Assembly: GCA_018058135.1 (NCBI GenBank)
Contig: JAGPCK010000009.1
Coordinates: 2,843 to 66,842, forward strand
Direction of reading: 5' to 3'
Source of the DNA: Bacteroidia bacterium
GTDB lineage: Bacteria > Bacteroidota > Bacteroidia > UKL13-3
Length of the DNA: 64,000 nucleotides
This document shows positions 55,712 through 64,000 of the stretch, piece after piece (position 1 is the first letter of the stretch; the number at the start of each line of letters is the position of its first letter). The translations under genes were made by a program, and so were the position numbers. The notes under the pieces are model-generated. The model did not search any database, was not told the DNA's origin, and was given only the letters and a program-made list of their open reading frames with translations.

Positions 55712-56676
55712 AACGGGGTGGTTGAAGAAGAAAGAGAATGGAAGGCATCTTTAATCAATTGCACCAGGCGGCTTTCTACCACATCCTGTGCCTGCAGTAT
55801 CAGATTTTTAAAGGCCAAGGCATTAGAAATACCATGACCAATAATTACGGGGGCATTCACGCCCAATACGGGTGTACCTCCGTAGTTTTCATAGTTGAAG
55901 CGGGCAAAGTAATCATCGGTAATCTTACGCTTATGCATAATGTAAAAAATGCTTTCGCATGATTTAAGCACTACGTTACCGGTGAAACCATCGCATACAA
56001 TCACATCGGCTTTGTCATTAAAAAGATCACGGCCCTCAGCGTTGCCCACAAAGTTTATCAGTTTGTTTTCAGCTAACAGTTGGTGTGCTGCCAGAGTAAG
56101 AATATTACCTTTCTCTTTTTCGGCACCTATGCTCAACAAGGCAACCTTAGGGTTATCTCTCTTGAACACATGCTGGCTGTAAAGTGAGCCCAGGATGGCA
56201 AATTGGTTGAGCATTTCAGGCTTGCAGTCAGCATTGGCTCCCACATCCAGTAAAATACCGTTAGAGCCATCTGCTTTCGGAAGTACACTCAAAATGCAGG
56301 GGCGGCTTACACCCTCAATTGGTTTAACTGAAAAAATAGAACCCACCATCATGGCTCCGGTATTTCCGGCACTGATGAACGCATCTATTTTTCCTGTAGC
56401 CAACAGGTGAAAGCCAACAGCAATACTGGAATCTTTCTTAGATTGAAGGGCTTTGGTAGGGTGTTCACCCATTTCAATGACCTCAGTGGTATGAATAAAT
56501 TCACATTGAGAGGTATCGGTACCGTGTTCAGCAAATAATGCTTTTACCACGGACTCATCACCAATAAGCACCAATTTAGATGTCGGGCCAAGTAAAGGCA
56601 AGGCATCTATACAACCAATAACTGACTGTGCGGGTGCGAAATCGCCACCCATCATGTCAAGACCTATTCTGATCAT
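55708..56676 (-). CDS. plsX: phosphate acyltransferase PlsX
   Basis: [19 protein letters not shown] and GFTGNV. Confidence 0.95.
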   Translation of the reverse strand: MIRIGLDMMGGDFAPAQSVIGCIDALPLLGPTSKLVLIGDESVVKALFAEHGTDTSQCEFIHTTEVIEMGEHPTKALQSKKDSSIAVGFHLLATGKIDAFISAGNTGAMMVGSIFSVKPIEGVSRPCILSVLPKADGSNGILLDVGANADCKPEMLNQFAILGSLYSQHVFKRDNPKVALLSIGAEKEKGNILTLAAHQLLAENKLINFVGNAEGRDLFNDKADVIVCDGFTGNVVLKSCESIFYIMHKRKITDDYFARFNYENYGGTPVLGVNAPVIIGHGISNALAFKNLILQAQDVVESRLVQLIKDAFHSLSSSTTPL

Positions 56677-56694
56677 CTATGACTCAAATAGAGA

Positions 56695-56880
56695 CTAAGC
56701 TTCAGCTTCTTTTCCGGGAAGTACTTTTTTGCCTTTGTAGTACCCGTTGGCTGTAACTCTGTGGTAAAGGTGGGTTTCACCTGAAGTAGGGTCAACAGCG
56801 ATGGTAGGTGCTGTAGCTTTGTAATGCGTTCTTCTCTTGTCTCTGCGAGCGTTAGAGAGTTTTCGTTTTGGATTTGGCAT
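56695..56880 (-). CDS. rpmF: 50S ribosomal protein L32
   Basis: [21 protein letters not shown]. Confidence 0.95.
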   Translation of the reverse strand: MPNPKRKLSNARRDKRRTHYKATAPTIAVDPTSGETHLYHRVTANGYYKGKKVLPGKEAEA

Positions 56881-56893
56881 TGTTCGCTAAATA

Positions 56894-57430
56894 TTAATTG
56901 TTACTAAATAAATCTTTCAATTTGTCCCATCGTTCATCACCTTTTTCCGGCTCGTCTTCGGTAATTCCTGCTGAAAGTTCTTCCAGCTTTTTCAGCGTGT
57001 CTTTGTCACACTCCGGTGTGTTTCCCGGATTACCGCAATTACGTGCCAGAGGCAGTGCCAGCATCACATAGTCATACAGGTGCTGCCTGATGTTAAACAC
57101 ATGGTCTTGTCTCGACAGGTAAATAATGTCATCGTCATCCGTATCGGCTGGTTCATCAGTGATTTTTACCACCAACAAACCCGCAGTGTTTATTTGCTGC
57201 GGATAATTACTCAAACATTTTTCACAATCGAGGGTAAGGTCTCCCTGAACAGTGAAGTTAACGTTAATTAACGTTTCCCCCTTATCCAGCTCAGCCACTA
57301 CCTGCAATCGGGACGCGCGGATTGAGTTATTTTCAAACGATTCAAAAAACGGTAAGCCCAACGAATACTCATATCGGTTGGTGCCATTACGCAGTTTGGA
57401 CAGTTCAATATCAAACTCTTTCAACTTCAC
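56894..57430 (-). CDS. yceD: YceD/DUF177 family protein
   Basis: Conserved position upstream of rpmF, 178 aa, acidic C-terminus. Confidence 0.75.
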   Translation of the reverse strand: MKLKEFDIELSKLRNGTNRYEYSLGLPFFESFENNSIRASRLQVVAELDKGETLINVNFTVQGDLTLDCEKCLSNYPQQINTAGLLVVKITDEPADTDDDDIIYLSRQDHVFNIRQHLYDYVMLALPLARNCGNPGNTPECDKDTLKKLEELSAGITEDEPEKGDERWDKLKDLFSNN

Positions 57431-57518
57431 CCTTTTCGCATTTAAGCCCGCAAAGATATGAAGATTGAATTAAAATCGAAACAAAATGATGTAATTGGCT
57501 TGAAAGCAGGGATAAAAC

Positions 57519-58598
57519 CTAAAAATCTATTCTGAAACGCTCTCTTCTGAGGGGGGTAAAGGGCAGAGGGTTGGCCGTAATTTCATCGCTATTGTGGCGA
57601 TGGCGGATAATATCTACTGCTGCGTAAAGGGCATTTCGGAAAGAAATTTCGCTGGCCTGATTTTTTCCGGCCAGGTTGTAGCCAGTTCCATGGTCGGGAG
57701 AGGTGCGAACCGCTGCCAGCCCGGCTGTATAGTTTACCCCCTCTTCAAAAGCAAGATGTTTAAACGGAATGAGACCCTGATCATGGTACATAGCCATTAC
57801 TGCATCAAAAGATTTGTACTGGCGCGAACCAAAGAAGCCATCAGCAGGGTAGGGCCCGAAAGCATATATGTTTTCGTTTTGGGCCGCTTCTGCCGCTTTT
57901 GCTATAATGTCTTTGTCTTCTGTTCCTAAAAGTCCGTTATCGCCTGCATGGGGGTTGAGTCCGAGCAAGGCTATGCGTGGTTTGCTTATGCCAAAGTCAC
58001 TGAACAGGCTCTTTTTCATTACCCGTAGTTTCGATACGATTTTTTCTACAGATAATTTACCAGCAACCTCTTTAAGTGGCAGGTGGCCGGTAGCCAGTCC
58101 CATTTTGAGTTCACTGCTCAGCAAGAACATCAGGTGCTCAGGCGCACTTAATGCATGAGCCAAATATTCTGTGTGCCCTATAAATTTTTCTCCGCTTTGA
58201 GCTGCGGGTATGTTGTGTTTGTTTAATGGTGCCGTAAGTAAACCGTCAATTTTGCCTTCTTTTAAATCGGCTGTGGCCAGTTCCAATGAGCGTAGAGCAT
58301 ATTTTCCGGCTATATCGGTTACCTCTCCCGGTTTAATTTCTATTTCTTCTTCCCAGCATACCAACACATTGGGGCGTTTGGCATTCAACTGGTCAACCCC
58401 TTTGGCAATAAATAAATTGAACTCGTTGTACCCTAGAAGTTTTTTATAGAATGAAAATATTTTGGGTGAAGCATACACTACCGGAATACAAAATTCAGTG
58501 ATGCGCTGATCCATTAAGGTTTTAATGATTACCTCGGGCCCTACACCATTTACATCGCCCAGTGTTATGCCGATTATCGGAGTTTTGCTTCTGTTCAT
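57519..58598 (-). CDS. pdxA: 4-hydroxythreonine-4-phosphate dehydrogenase
   Basis: GHTEYLA, GLNPHAGDNGLLG and SPDHGTGYNLAGKN. Confidence 0.9.
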   Translation of the reverse strand: MNRSKTPIIGITLGDVNGVGPEVIIKTLMDQRITEFCIPVVYASPKIFSFYKKLLGYNEFNLFIAKGVDQLNAKRPNVLVCWEEEIEIKPGEVTDIAGKYALRSLELATADLKEGKIDGLLTAPLNKHNIPAAQSGEKFIGHTEYLAHALSAPEHLMFLLSSELKMGLATGHLPLKEVAGKLSVEKIVSKLRVMKKSLFSDFGISKPRIALLGLNPHAGDNGLLGTEDKDIIAKAAEAAQNENIYAFGPYPADGFFGSRQYKSFDAVMAMYHDQGLIPFKHLAFEEGVNYTAGLAAVRTSPDHGTGYNLAGKNQASEISFRNALYAAVDIIRHRHNSDEITANPLPFTPLRRERFRIDF

Positions 58599-60037
58599 TA
58601 CTTCGCGCTGTTGAGAATAAAATCAAATAATAATCTTACGCCTACTCCGGTGCCGTTTTTTACACGGTAGCCATCGTTACTGCTGGTAAAGGCAGGACCG
58701 GCTATATCAAAATGCATCCAGTCGTAATCGGTATAATATTCCAAAAATTTCCCTGCGGTAATGGCTCCTGCAACCGGCCCGCCAATATTTTTCATATCGG
58801 CAATGTCTGATTTAATCAGATTTTTGTATTCATCCCAGAAAGGAAATTCCACTAAACGTTCGTATACATTGTTACCGCTTTTCTTCAGTTGATTTTTGGT
58901 TTTTTCCTCCGCTGTTCCCATGCACACTATGCCATACTGGCCAATGGCTGCGGCAGCTGCACCGGTTAAGGTAGCAAAGTCGAGCACCAACTCAGGTTTG
59001 TATTTTTTAGCATAAGCCAAAGCATCAGCCAATAGCATTCTACCTTCTGCATCAGTATTCAGTACTTCCACAGTTTTGCCGCTGTACATTTCAATTACAT
59101 CACCTGGAGTGTATGCATTTTCACCGGGGCGGTTATCCGTTGCAGGTACCAAAGCAACTACGTGGTATTTTAATTTAGCTTTAGCAACAGCATACATGGC
59201 ACAAGCTACAGCTGCGGCTCCGGCCATATCGCACTTCATGGTGTCCATGCTATTGGGTGTAGGCTTGAGGCTTAAACCTCCGGTGTCATAAACAACTCCT
59301 TTACCTACCAGTACCAGCGGCTTTTTGTTTTTAGCACCTTTGGGCTTATACTCCATAATGCTGAATGTAGGAGGAGTTTGGCTGCCTTTGTTTACAGCTA
59401 ACAGCCCACCCATTTTTAATGCTTCAATTTTTGCTTTGGTTAATACCTCTACATGAAAACCGGCTTCTTCACCCATTTTTTGGATTTCTTCAGCCAGTTT
59501 AGGTGCGCTTAGATAGGATTGAGGCTCATTAACCAAAGTACGTGCTTTGCAGGTAGCCTCTGTCAATATGGTCAACTGATCGAGTTCTTTTTTGTCCAGC
59601 TTTTTGCTGTTTACTGCAATAGTTTCCAGAGTATTTTTTTCTTTGGCAGCATCACTACGGTACTTTAAAAACTGATAATTGCTCAGGGCAATACCTTCAA
59701 CAATGGCCAAAGCGGCATCACTGTCATTCAACACATCTTCCACAATTACTTGTTTTTGTTTGTGTGAGTTTAAAGCCGCACATATTTTACTACCTGCCAT
59801 GCGCATATCTTCCAATTGAGCGTAGCGTTCTTTTTTATCTTTGGGAATAACAATGCATACCAGTCTATCAAACTGATTAACGGTGATTAATTTTTCATCG
59901 TCTTTCAACTTGCGGGTAATGTAGGCCACTTCCTTTTCGGTAAACTGATAGACCGACCACTTGGTCTTTTTATCGGCCAGCAACACAATTGATGTGTCAG
60001 AAGTAGCTTTTGAAGCTTTTTGGATGGATACTGCCAT
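58598..60037 (-). CDS. pepA: leucyl aminopeptidase (M17)
   Basis: VGKGVVYDTGGLSLKP, MKCDMAGAAAV and the NTDAEGRMLLADAL signature. Confidence 0.95.
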   Translation of the reverse strand: MAVSIQKASKATSDTSIVLLADKKTKWSVYQFTEKEVAYITRKLKDDEKLITVNQFDRLVCIVIPKDKKERYAQLEDMRMAGSKICAALNSHKQKQVIVEDVLNDSDAALAIVEGIALSNYQFLKYRSDAAKEKNTLETIAVNSKKLDKKELDQLTILTEATCKARTLVNEPQSYLSAPKLAEEIQKMGEEAGFHVEVLTKAKIEALKMGGLLAVNKGSQTPPTFSIMEYKPKGAKNKKPLVLVGKGVVYDTGGLSLKPTPNSMDTMKCDMAGAAAVACAMYAVAKAKLKYHVVALVPATDNRPGENAYTPGDVIEMYSGKTVEVLNTDAEGRMLLADALAYAKKYKPELVLDFATLTGAAAAAIGQYGIVCMGTAEEKTKNQLKKSGNNVYERLVEFPFWDEYKNLIKSDIADMKNIGGPVAGAITAGKFLEYYTDYDWMHFDIAGPAFTSSNDGYRVKNGTGVGVRLLFDFILNSAK

Positions 60038-60102
60038 AGGTTAACTATTTTCGAGGCCTCAAAAATACATTATTTGCACCAACTTGCTAACGTTGCCTTC
60101 CG

Positions 60103-60876
60103 ATGGAAAAAGTAAAAGCTAAAAAACACCTGGGTCAGCATTTTTTGCGGGACGAAAATATTGCCCTGAAAATTGTTGATGCACTTATGGAAGCTCACAA
60201 CGGCAAAACCATACTGGAAGTGGGGCCGGGCATGGGAGTGTTAACCAAATACCTGTTGGAGCGTTTACCTGAGCAGGTGTATGTAGCTGAGGTAGATACT
60301 GAATCAGTAAAGTATCTTAAAGAGCATTACCCTATTCTGGCTCCCCATATTCTCGAAGAAGATTTTTTGCAAATTGATTTTAACCGCCTGTCAACACCGG
60401 TTTCAGTAATAGGCAATTTTCCCTACAACATTTCTTCACAAATAGTTTTTCATATTATTGAACAAAAAGACATTACACCACTAATGGTGGGCATGTTTCA
60501 ACGTGAGGTGGCCCAAAGGTTTGTGGCTATACCCCGCACAAAAGCGTACGGTATCCTATCTGTTATCACCCAGGCTTATTATGATGTGGAGTATTTGTTT
60601 ACAGTAAACGAAGGAGTATTTCAGCCACCACCTAAAGTAAAATCTGCGGTGGTGAGGTTTAAAAGAAAAAACACCGTGCTGAATTGCGATGAAAAGTTAT
60701 TTTTGCGCGTAGTAAAAGCAGGTTTTAATCAGCGGAGGAAGATGTTGCGAAATGCATTATCGGTGTTGGGTAGTTTAGATGTGTTACAAGAAACACCCTA
60801 TTTAACCCAACGTGCCGAGGAACTTTCTTTGCAGGATTTTGAGCAGCTTACTGTGTTGTTGCAAAACAGAACGTAG
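60103..60876 (+). CDS. rsmA: 16S rRNA (adenine1518/1519-N6)-dimethyltransferase
   Basis: KKHLGQHFL, EVGPGMGVLT and GNFPYNISS. Confidence 0.95.
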   Translation: MEKVKAKKHLGQHFLRDENIALKIVDALMEAHNGKTILEVGPGMGVLTKYLLERLPEQVYVAEVDTESVKYLKEHYPILAPHILEEDFLQIDFNRLSTPVSVIGNFPYNISSQIVFHIIEQKDITPLMVGMFQREVAQRFVAIPRTKAYGILSVITQAYYDVEYLFTVNEGVFQPPPKVKSAVVRFKRKNTVLNCDEKLFLRVVKAGFNQRRKMLRNALSVLGSLDVLQETPYLTQRAEELSLQDFEQLTVLLQNRT

Positions 60877-60924
60877 TGCAACTAAATTTTATATTTGTGC
60901 ATCTATTAAATTGAGAACTTTCAA

Positions 60925-62286
60925 ATGTCAAATTTCACTGTAACGAAAGAGTTCATTGCTGAGTTAAAGATAGCGGTGGAAGCCAGGCAAACCGAGCAGG
61001 TACGTAATTTACTTGCTGATTTGCATCCGGAGGACGTGGCTGAAATGTTGTATGATTTTAACACAGAAGATTCCAAATTTGTTATTGCATTATTTGAAGG
61101 GGAGTATGCTGTTAAAATTCTGATTGAAATTGATGAAGATACCCGCGATAAATTTCTTACCAACTATTCTTCTGAAGAAATAGCTCACCAGTTTATTGAG
61201 TTTATGGATACGGATGACGTGGTGGCCATTATCCGATCGTTTCCGCCCAAGTTAAAAGATGAAATTATTGCGCATGTAACAGATCACACCTTTGCGGCCA
61301 ACATTATCTCCCTGCTTAATTTTGATGAAGATACTGCCGGTGGTTTGATGGCCAAAGAATTGGTGAAGGTGAATGAAAACCGCAACGTGGCTCAGTGTAT
61401 TGATGAAATTAGGGCTCAAGCCGAAGAGGTGAACAATGTGTACACTGTTTATGTGGTAGACGATAATGACCGTTTAAAAGGACTCATCTCACTTAAAAGT
61501 TTAATACTTGCCCGTGCTAATGAACGTATAACCAACATTATGATTCATGATGTGGTGGCTGTTCCTACTCATGCAGCCAGTGAAGAAGTAAGTTCTATCA
61601 TGGATAAATACAATCTGGTGGTGCTGCCTGTGGTAGATGCTATAGGGCGATTGGTGGGTCGCATTACCATTGATGATGTGGTGGAGGTGATTAAAGAAGA
61701 AGCGGAGAAAGATTACGAGTTGATGTCGGGTATCACGGAGAGTGTTGAATCAACGGATAAGGTGTGGGTGCTATCACGTGCGCGTTTACCCTGGTTGCTC
61801 ATAGGTTTATTGGGGGGTATCATCAGCTCCAGAGTTATCGGAGTGTATGAAAACCAATTGAAGATTCATCCCGAGATGGCTTTTTTTATACCGCTTATAG
61901 CCGCTATGGGTGGCAATGCAGGGGTACAATCATCTGCAATTATTGTAAAAGGTTTGGCCAACAACACACTAGGCACAAGAGACATCTTTCCTAAAATTGC
62001 CAAAGAGTTTATGGTAGCGCTCATTAACGGATTAGTGTGTTCCATCATTATACTTACCTACAACTTGTTCATGAGTGATTCCATTGATTTGAGTCTTACC
62101 GTAAGTGTGGCGCTTATCACCGTTATTATTTTTGCTTCCATACTGGGTACGTTTGTTCCGATGTTATTAGACAGAATGAAAATAGACCCTGCTTTAGCAA
62201 CAGGTCCGTTTATTACAACTACGAACGATTTACTGGGTTTGGCTGTATACTTTTTAGTAGGCAGGTTATTGTATGCTACATTTTAA
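60925..62286 (+). CDS. mgtE: magnesium transporter MgtE
   Basis: MgtE N-domain (LHPEDVAEML), a CBS pair, and a C-terminal TM domain with GGNAGVQSS. Confidence 0.95.
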   Translation: MSNFTVTKEFIAELKIAVEARQTEQVRNLLADLHPEDVAEMLYDFNTEDSKFVIALFEGEYAVKILIEIDEDTRDKFLTNYSSEEIAHQFIEFMDTDDVVAIIRSFPPKLKDEIIAHVTDHTFAANIISLLNFDEDTAGGLMAKELVKVNENRNVAQCIDEIRAQAEEVNNVYTVYVVDDNDRLKGLISLKSLILARANERITNIMIHDVVAVPTHAASEEVSSIMDKYNLVVLPVVDAIGRLVGRITIDDVVEVIKEEAEKDYELMSGITESVESTDKVWVLSRARLPWLLIGLLGGIISSRVIGVYENQLKIHPEMAFFIPLIAAMGGNAGVQSSAIIVKGLANNTLGTRDIFPKIAKEFMVALINGLVCSIIILTYNLFMSDSIDLSLTVSVALITVIIFASILGTFVPMLLDRMKIDPALATGPFITTTNDLLGLAVYFLVGRLLYATF

Positions 62287-62288
62287 TT

Positions 62289-63248
62289 ATGCATAAGGTA
62301 CTGATTATAGACGATGTTCATCCGTTGCTTCTGGAGAATTTGCAGAAAGATAACATTGCGTATGATTATTATCCTGAGATTGATAGATCCGGAGTGCTGG
62401 ACATCATTGCACAATACACGGGCTTGGTGGTACGCAGCAAAACACGTATTGATGCCGAGTTAATACATGCCGGAACTAAACTTAAGTTTATTGCCCGTGC
62501 AGGCTCTGGTATGGACAACGTAGACGAGACCACAGCTCAATCCAAAGGCATACAACTGATTAATGTGCCTGAAGCCAACAGTGATGCTGTAGGGGAACAT
62601 ACAGTAGGTATGCTGTTGATGTTGCTCAATAACCTTAATCGGGCCGACCAGGAAGTACGCAACCACATTTGGAAGCGGGAAGCCAACAGAGGGATGGAAC
62701 TGAAAGGCAAAACAGTGGCTATTATAGGCTACGGGCACACAGGAATGGCAGTGGCAAAAAAGCTATCAGGATTTGATTGCCGGCTTATTGCTTACGATAA
62801 GTACAAAAATAATTTTACCGATAATTATGTAAGCGAAGTTGATATGGCTACTGTTTTTCAGGAGGCTGATATTATCAGTTTTCATATTCCGCTTACTGAT
62901 GAAACCTTTTATCTGGTAAATGATGACTACATCAATATGTTCAGCAAAAACATTGTGCTGCTTAACCTGTCGCGCGGTAAAGTGGTTAAGCTCAATGCAC
63001 TGGTAGAGGCCATTCGCAAAGGAAAAATTGTTGCCAGTGGGCTTGATGTACTGGAAAACGAACGGTTAGATACCCTTTCAGTGGAACAACAAAGGTGGTT
63101 TGACTACCTTATTCACTCCAACCAAACGGTGCTTACCCCCCACATCGGGGGGTGGACAAACGAGTCATATGAAAAAATATCCTTTTTTTTATCGAATAAA
63201 ATCAGCTATTTAGCGAACGGATTAGAGAAAAAGGATTTGAAGATGTAA
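62289..63248 (+). CDS. D-isomer-specific 2-hydroxyacid dehydrogenase (phosphoglycerate-dehydrogenase-like)
   Basis: GKTVAIIGYGHTGMAVAKKL NAD motif, LSRG and TPHIGG. Confidence 0.85.
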   Translation: MHKVLIIDDVHPLLLENLQKDNIAYDYYPEIDRSGVLDIIAQYTGLVVRSKTRIDAELIHAGTKLKFIARAGSGMDNVDETTAQSKGIQLINVPEANSDAVGEHTVGMLLMLLNNLNRADQEVRNHIWKREANRGMELKGKTVAIIGYGHTGMAVAKKLSGFDCRLIAYDKYKNNFTDNYVSEVDMATVFQEADIISFHIPLTDETFYLVNDDYINMFSKNIVLLNLSRGKVVKLNALVEAIRKGKIVASGLDVLENERLDTLSVEQQRWFDYLIHSNQTVLTPHIGGWTNESYEKISFFLSNKISYLANGLEKKDLKM

Positions 63249-63326
63249 ACCAAAACTTGACAATTATTTTAAAATACCCTTACCTTTATCCGATTGTAAA
63301 ATACTTTGCAAACACAAAACCGACAG

Positions 63327-64000
63327 ATGATGAATAGAAAAGTTTACTTGCTGTTAGTAGCGCTACTTGGATTTCTCCATATCGCTAATGCCCAAACAGG
63401 CTTTGGCGAAATAAGAGGAAAGTTGATTGATGAGAAATCAAGAAAACCTCTTGATTTTGCCAGCGTTCAGGTTAAGCTCAATGGTGAGGTGAGAGGCGCT
63501 GCCTACACTGATGAAGACGGAAATTTCGTTTTAAAAACCCTTACTCCGGGAAAATATGTTGTTGAAGCATCAACATTGGGTTACCAAAAGGTAGAGATGA
63601 CCAATGTGGTTGTAAACGCTGATAAGATAACATTTATCAATATCTCATTAACACCAATAGAGGGTGGAGTTCAACTTCCTGAAGTTAAAAAGATAGAGCG
63701 CAAAACGCCTATCATTGATCCAAAAGGAACAAGTGGGGAAAGCTTTGATGCAGAAGATATTATCAAAATGCCTACCCGTAATGTTAACAATATAGCCAAT
63801 ACAGTAGCCGGTGTAACCTCAGTTAACGGTGGTACACCCACATTCCGGGGTGCACGTGCAGATGGTACTGCTTATTATATAGATGGAGTGCGTGTGAACT
63901 TCGGGTCAACCGGTGTTCCCCAAAACATGATTAACCAGATTCAGATTATTACAGCAGGTGTTCCTGCTCAATACGGTGACTTTACGGGTGGTGCCATCTC
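63327..64000 (+). CDS. TonB-dependent receptor, N-terminal part (3' end lies outside the window)
   Basis: Signal peptide, a carboxypeptidase-regulatory-like domain (IRGKLIDEKSRKPLDFASVQV...DGNFVLKTLTPGKYVV), then the start of the plug (ITAGVPAQYGDFTGGAI). The frame is open to the window end. Confidence 0.8.
   Translation, partial: MMNRKVYLLLVALLGFLHIANAQTGFGEIRGKLIDEKSRKPLDFASVQVKLNGEVRGAAYTDEDGNFVLKTLTPGKYVVEASTLGYQKVEMTNVVVNADKITFINISLTPIEGGVQLPEVKKIERKTPIIDPKGTSGESFDAEDIIKMPTRNVNNIANTVAGVTSVNGGTPTFRGARADGTAYYIDGVRVNFGSTGVPQNMINQIQIITAGVPAQYGDFTGGAI

Overview
This is a chromosomal segment that looks like Bacteroidota. Two secreted proteins carry T9SS-type C-terminal sorting domains, a TonB-dependent receptor starts at the 3' edge, rpmF-plsX-fabH-accB-accC are clustered, and TopA has a Lys/Ala-rich tail.

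Layout:
(i) 1-11.3 kb is a surface-polysaccharide locus: glycosyltransferase fragment, Wzy-like polymerase/ligase, priming sugar transferase, GT-C-like membrane protein, FAD oxidoreductase, Wzx-like flippase, SGNH-like protein, CxxCH lipoprotein, radical SAM/SPASM enzyme and SAM methyltransferase.
(ii) About 11.3-25.9 kb is an accessory block that looks AT-richer by eye (not computed). Every gene is on the + strand, and the gene units are separated by related structured repeats whose ends resemble integron attC core sites (GCAYAAC just after stop codons, GTTA just before the next gene). No integrase is present in the window.
(iii) 26-32.3 kb is a translationally coupled operon with three B12-binding radical SAM paralogs, an NPPY methyltransferase and a nucleotidyltransferase-fold protein.
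(iv) 32.3-64 kb is housekeeping: deoxyhypusine-synthase-like gene, tRNA-Ser(GGA), tatD, a GT2 plus NodB-deacetylase pair, a TolC plus adaptor pair, gpsA, proline dehydrogenase, aroB-aroA-aroC, M43 protease, topA, the accBC/fabH/plsX/rpmF/yceD block, pdxA, pepA, rsmA, mgtE and a 2-hydroxyacid dehydrogenase.

The first three units of block (ii) are the most interesting part of the window. They encode a PNP-type nucleosidase-domain protein, a TIR-SIR2 fusion protein and a protein with a HEPN-like RX4H motif. I read these as a candidate anti-phage defence locus that I cannot assign to any named system.

All calls come from reading the ORF translations and the DNA by eye. No database search was run.
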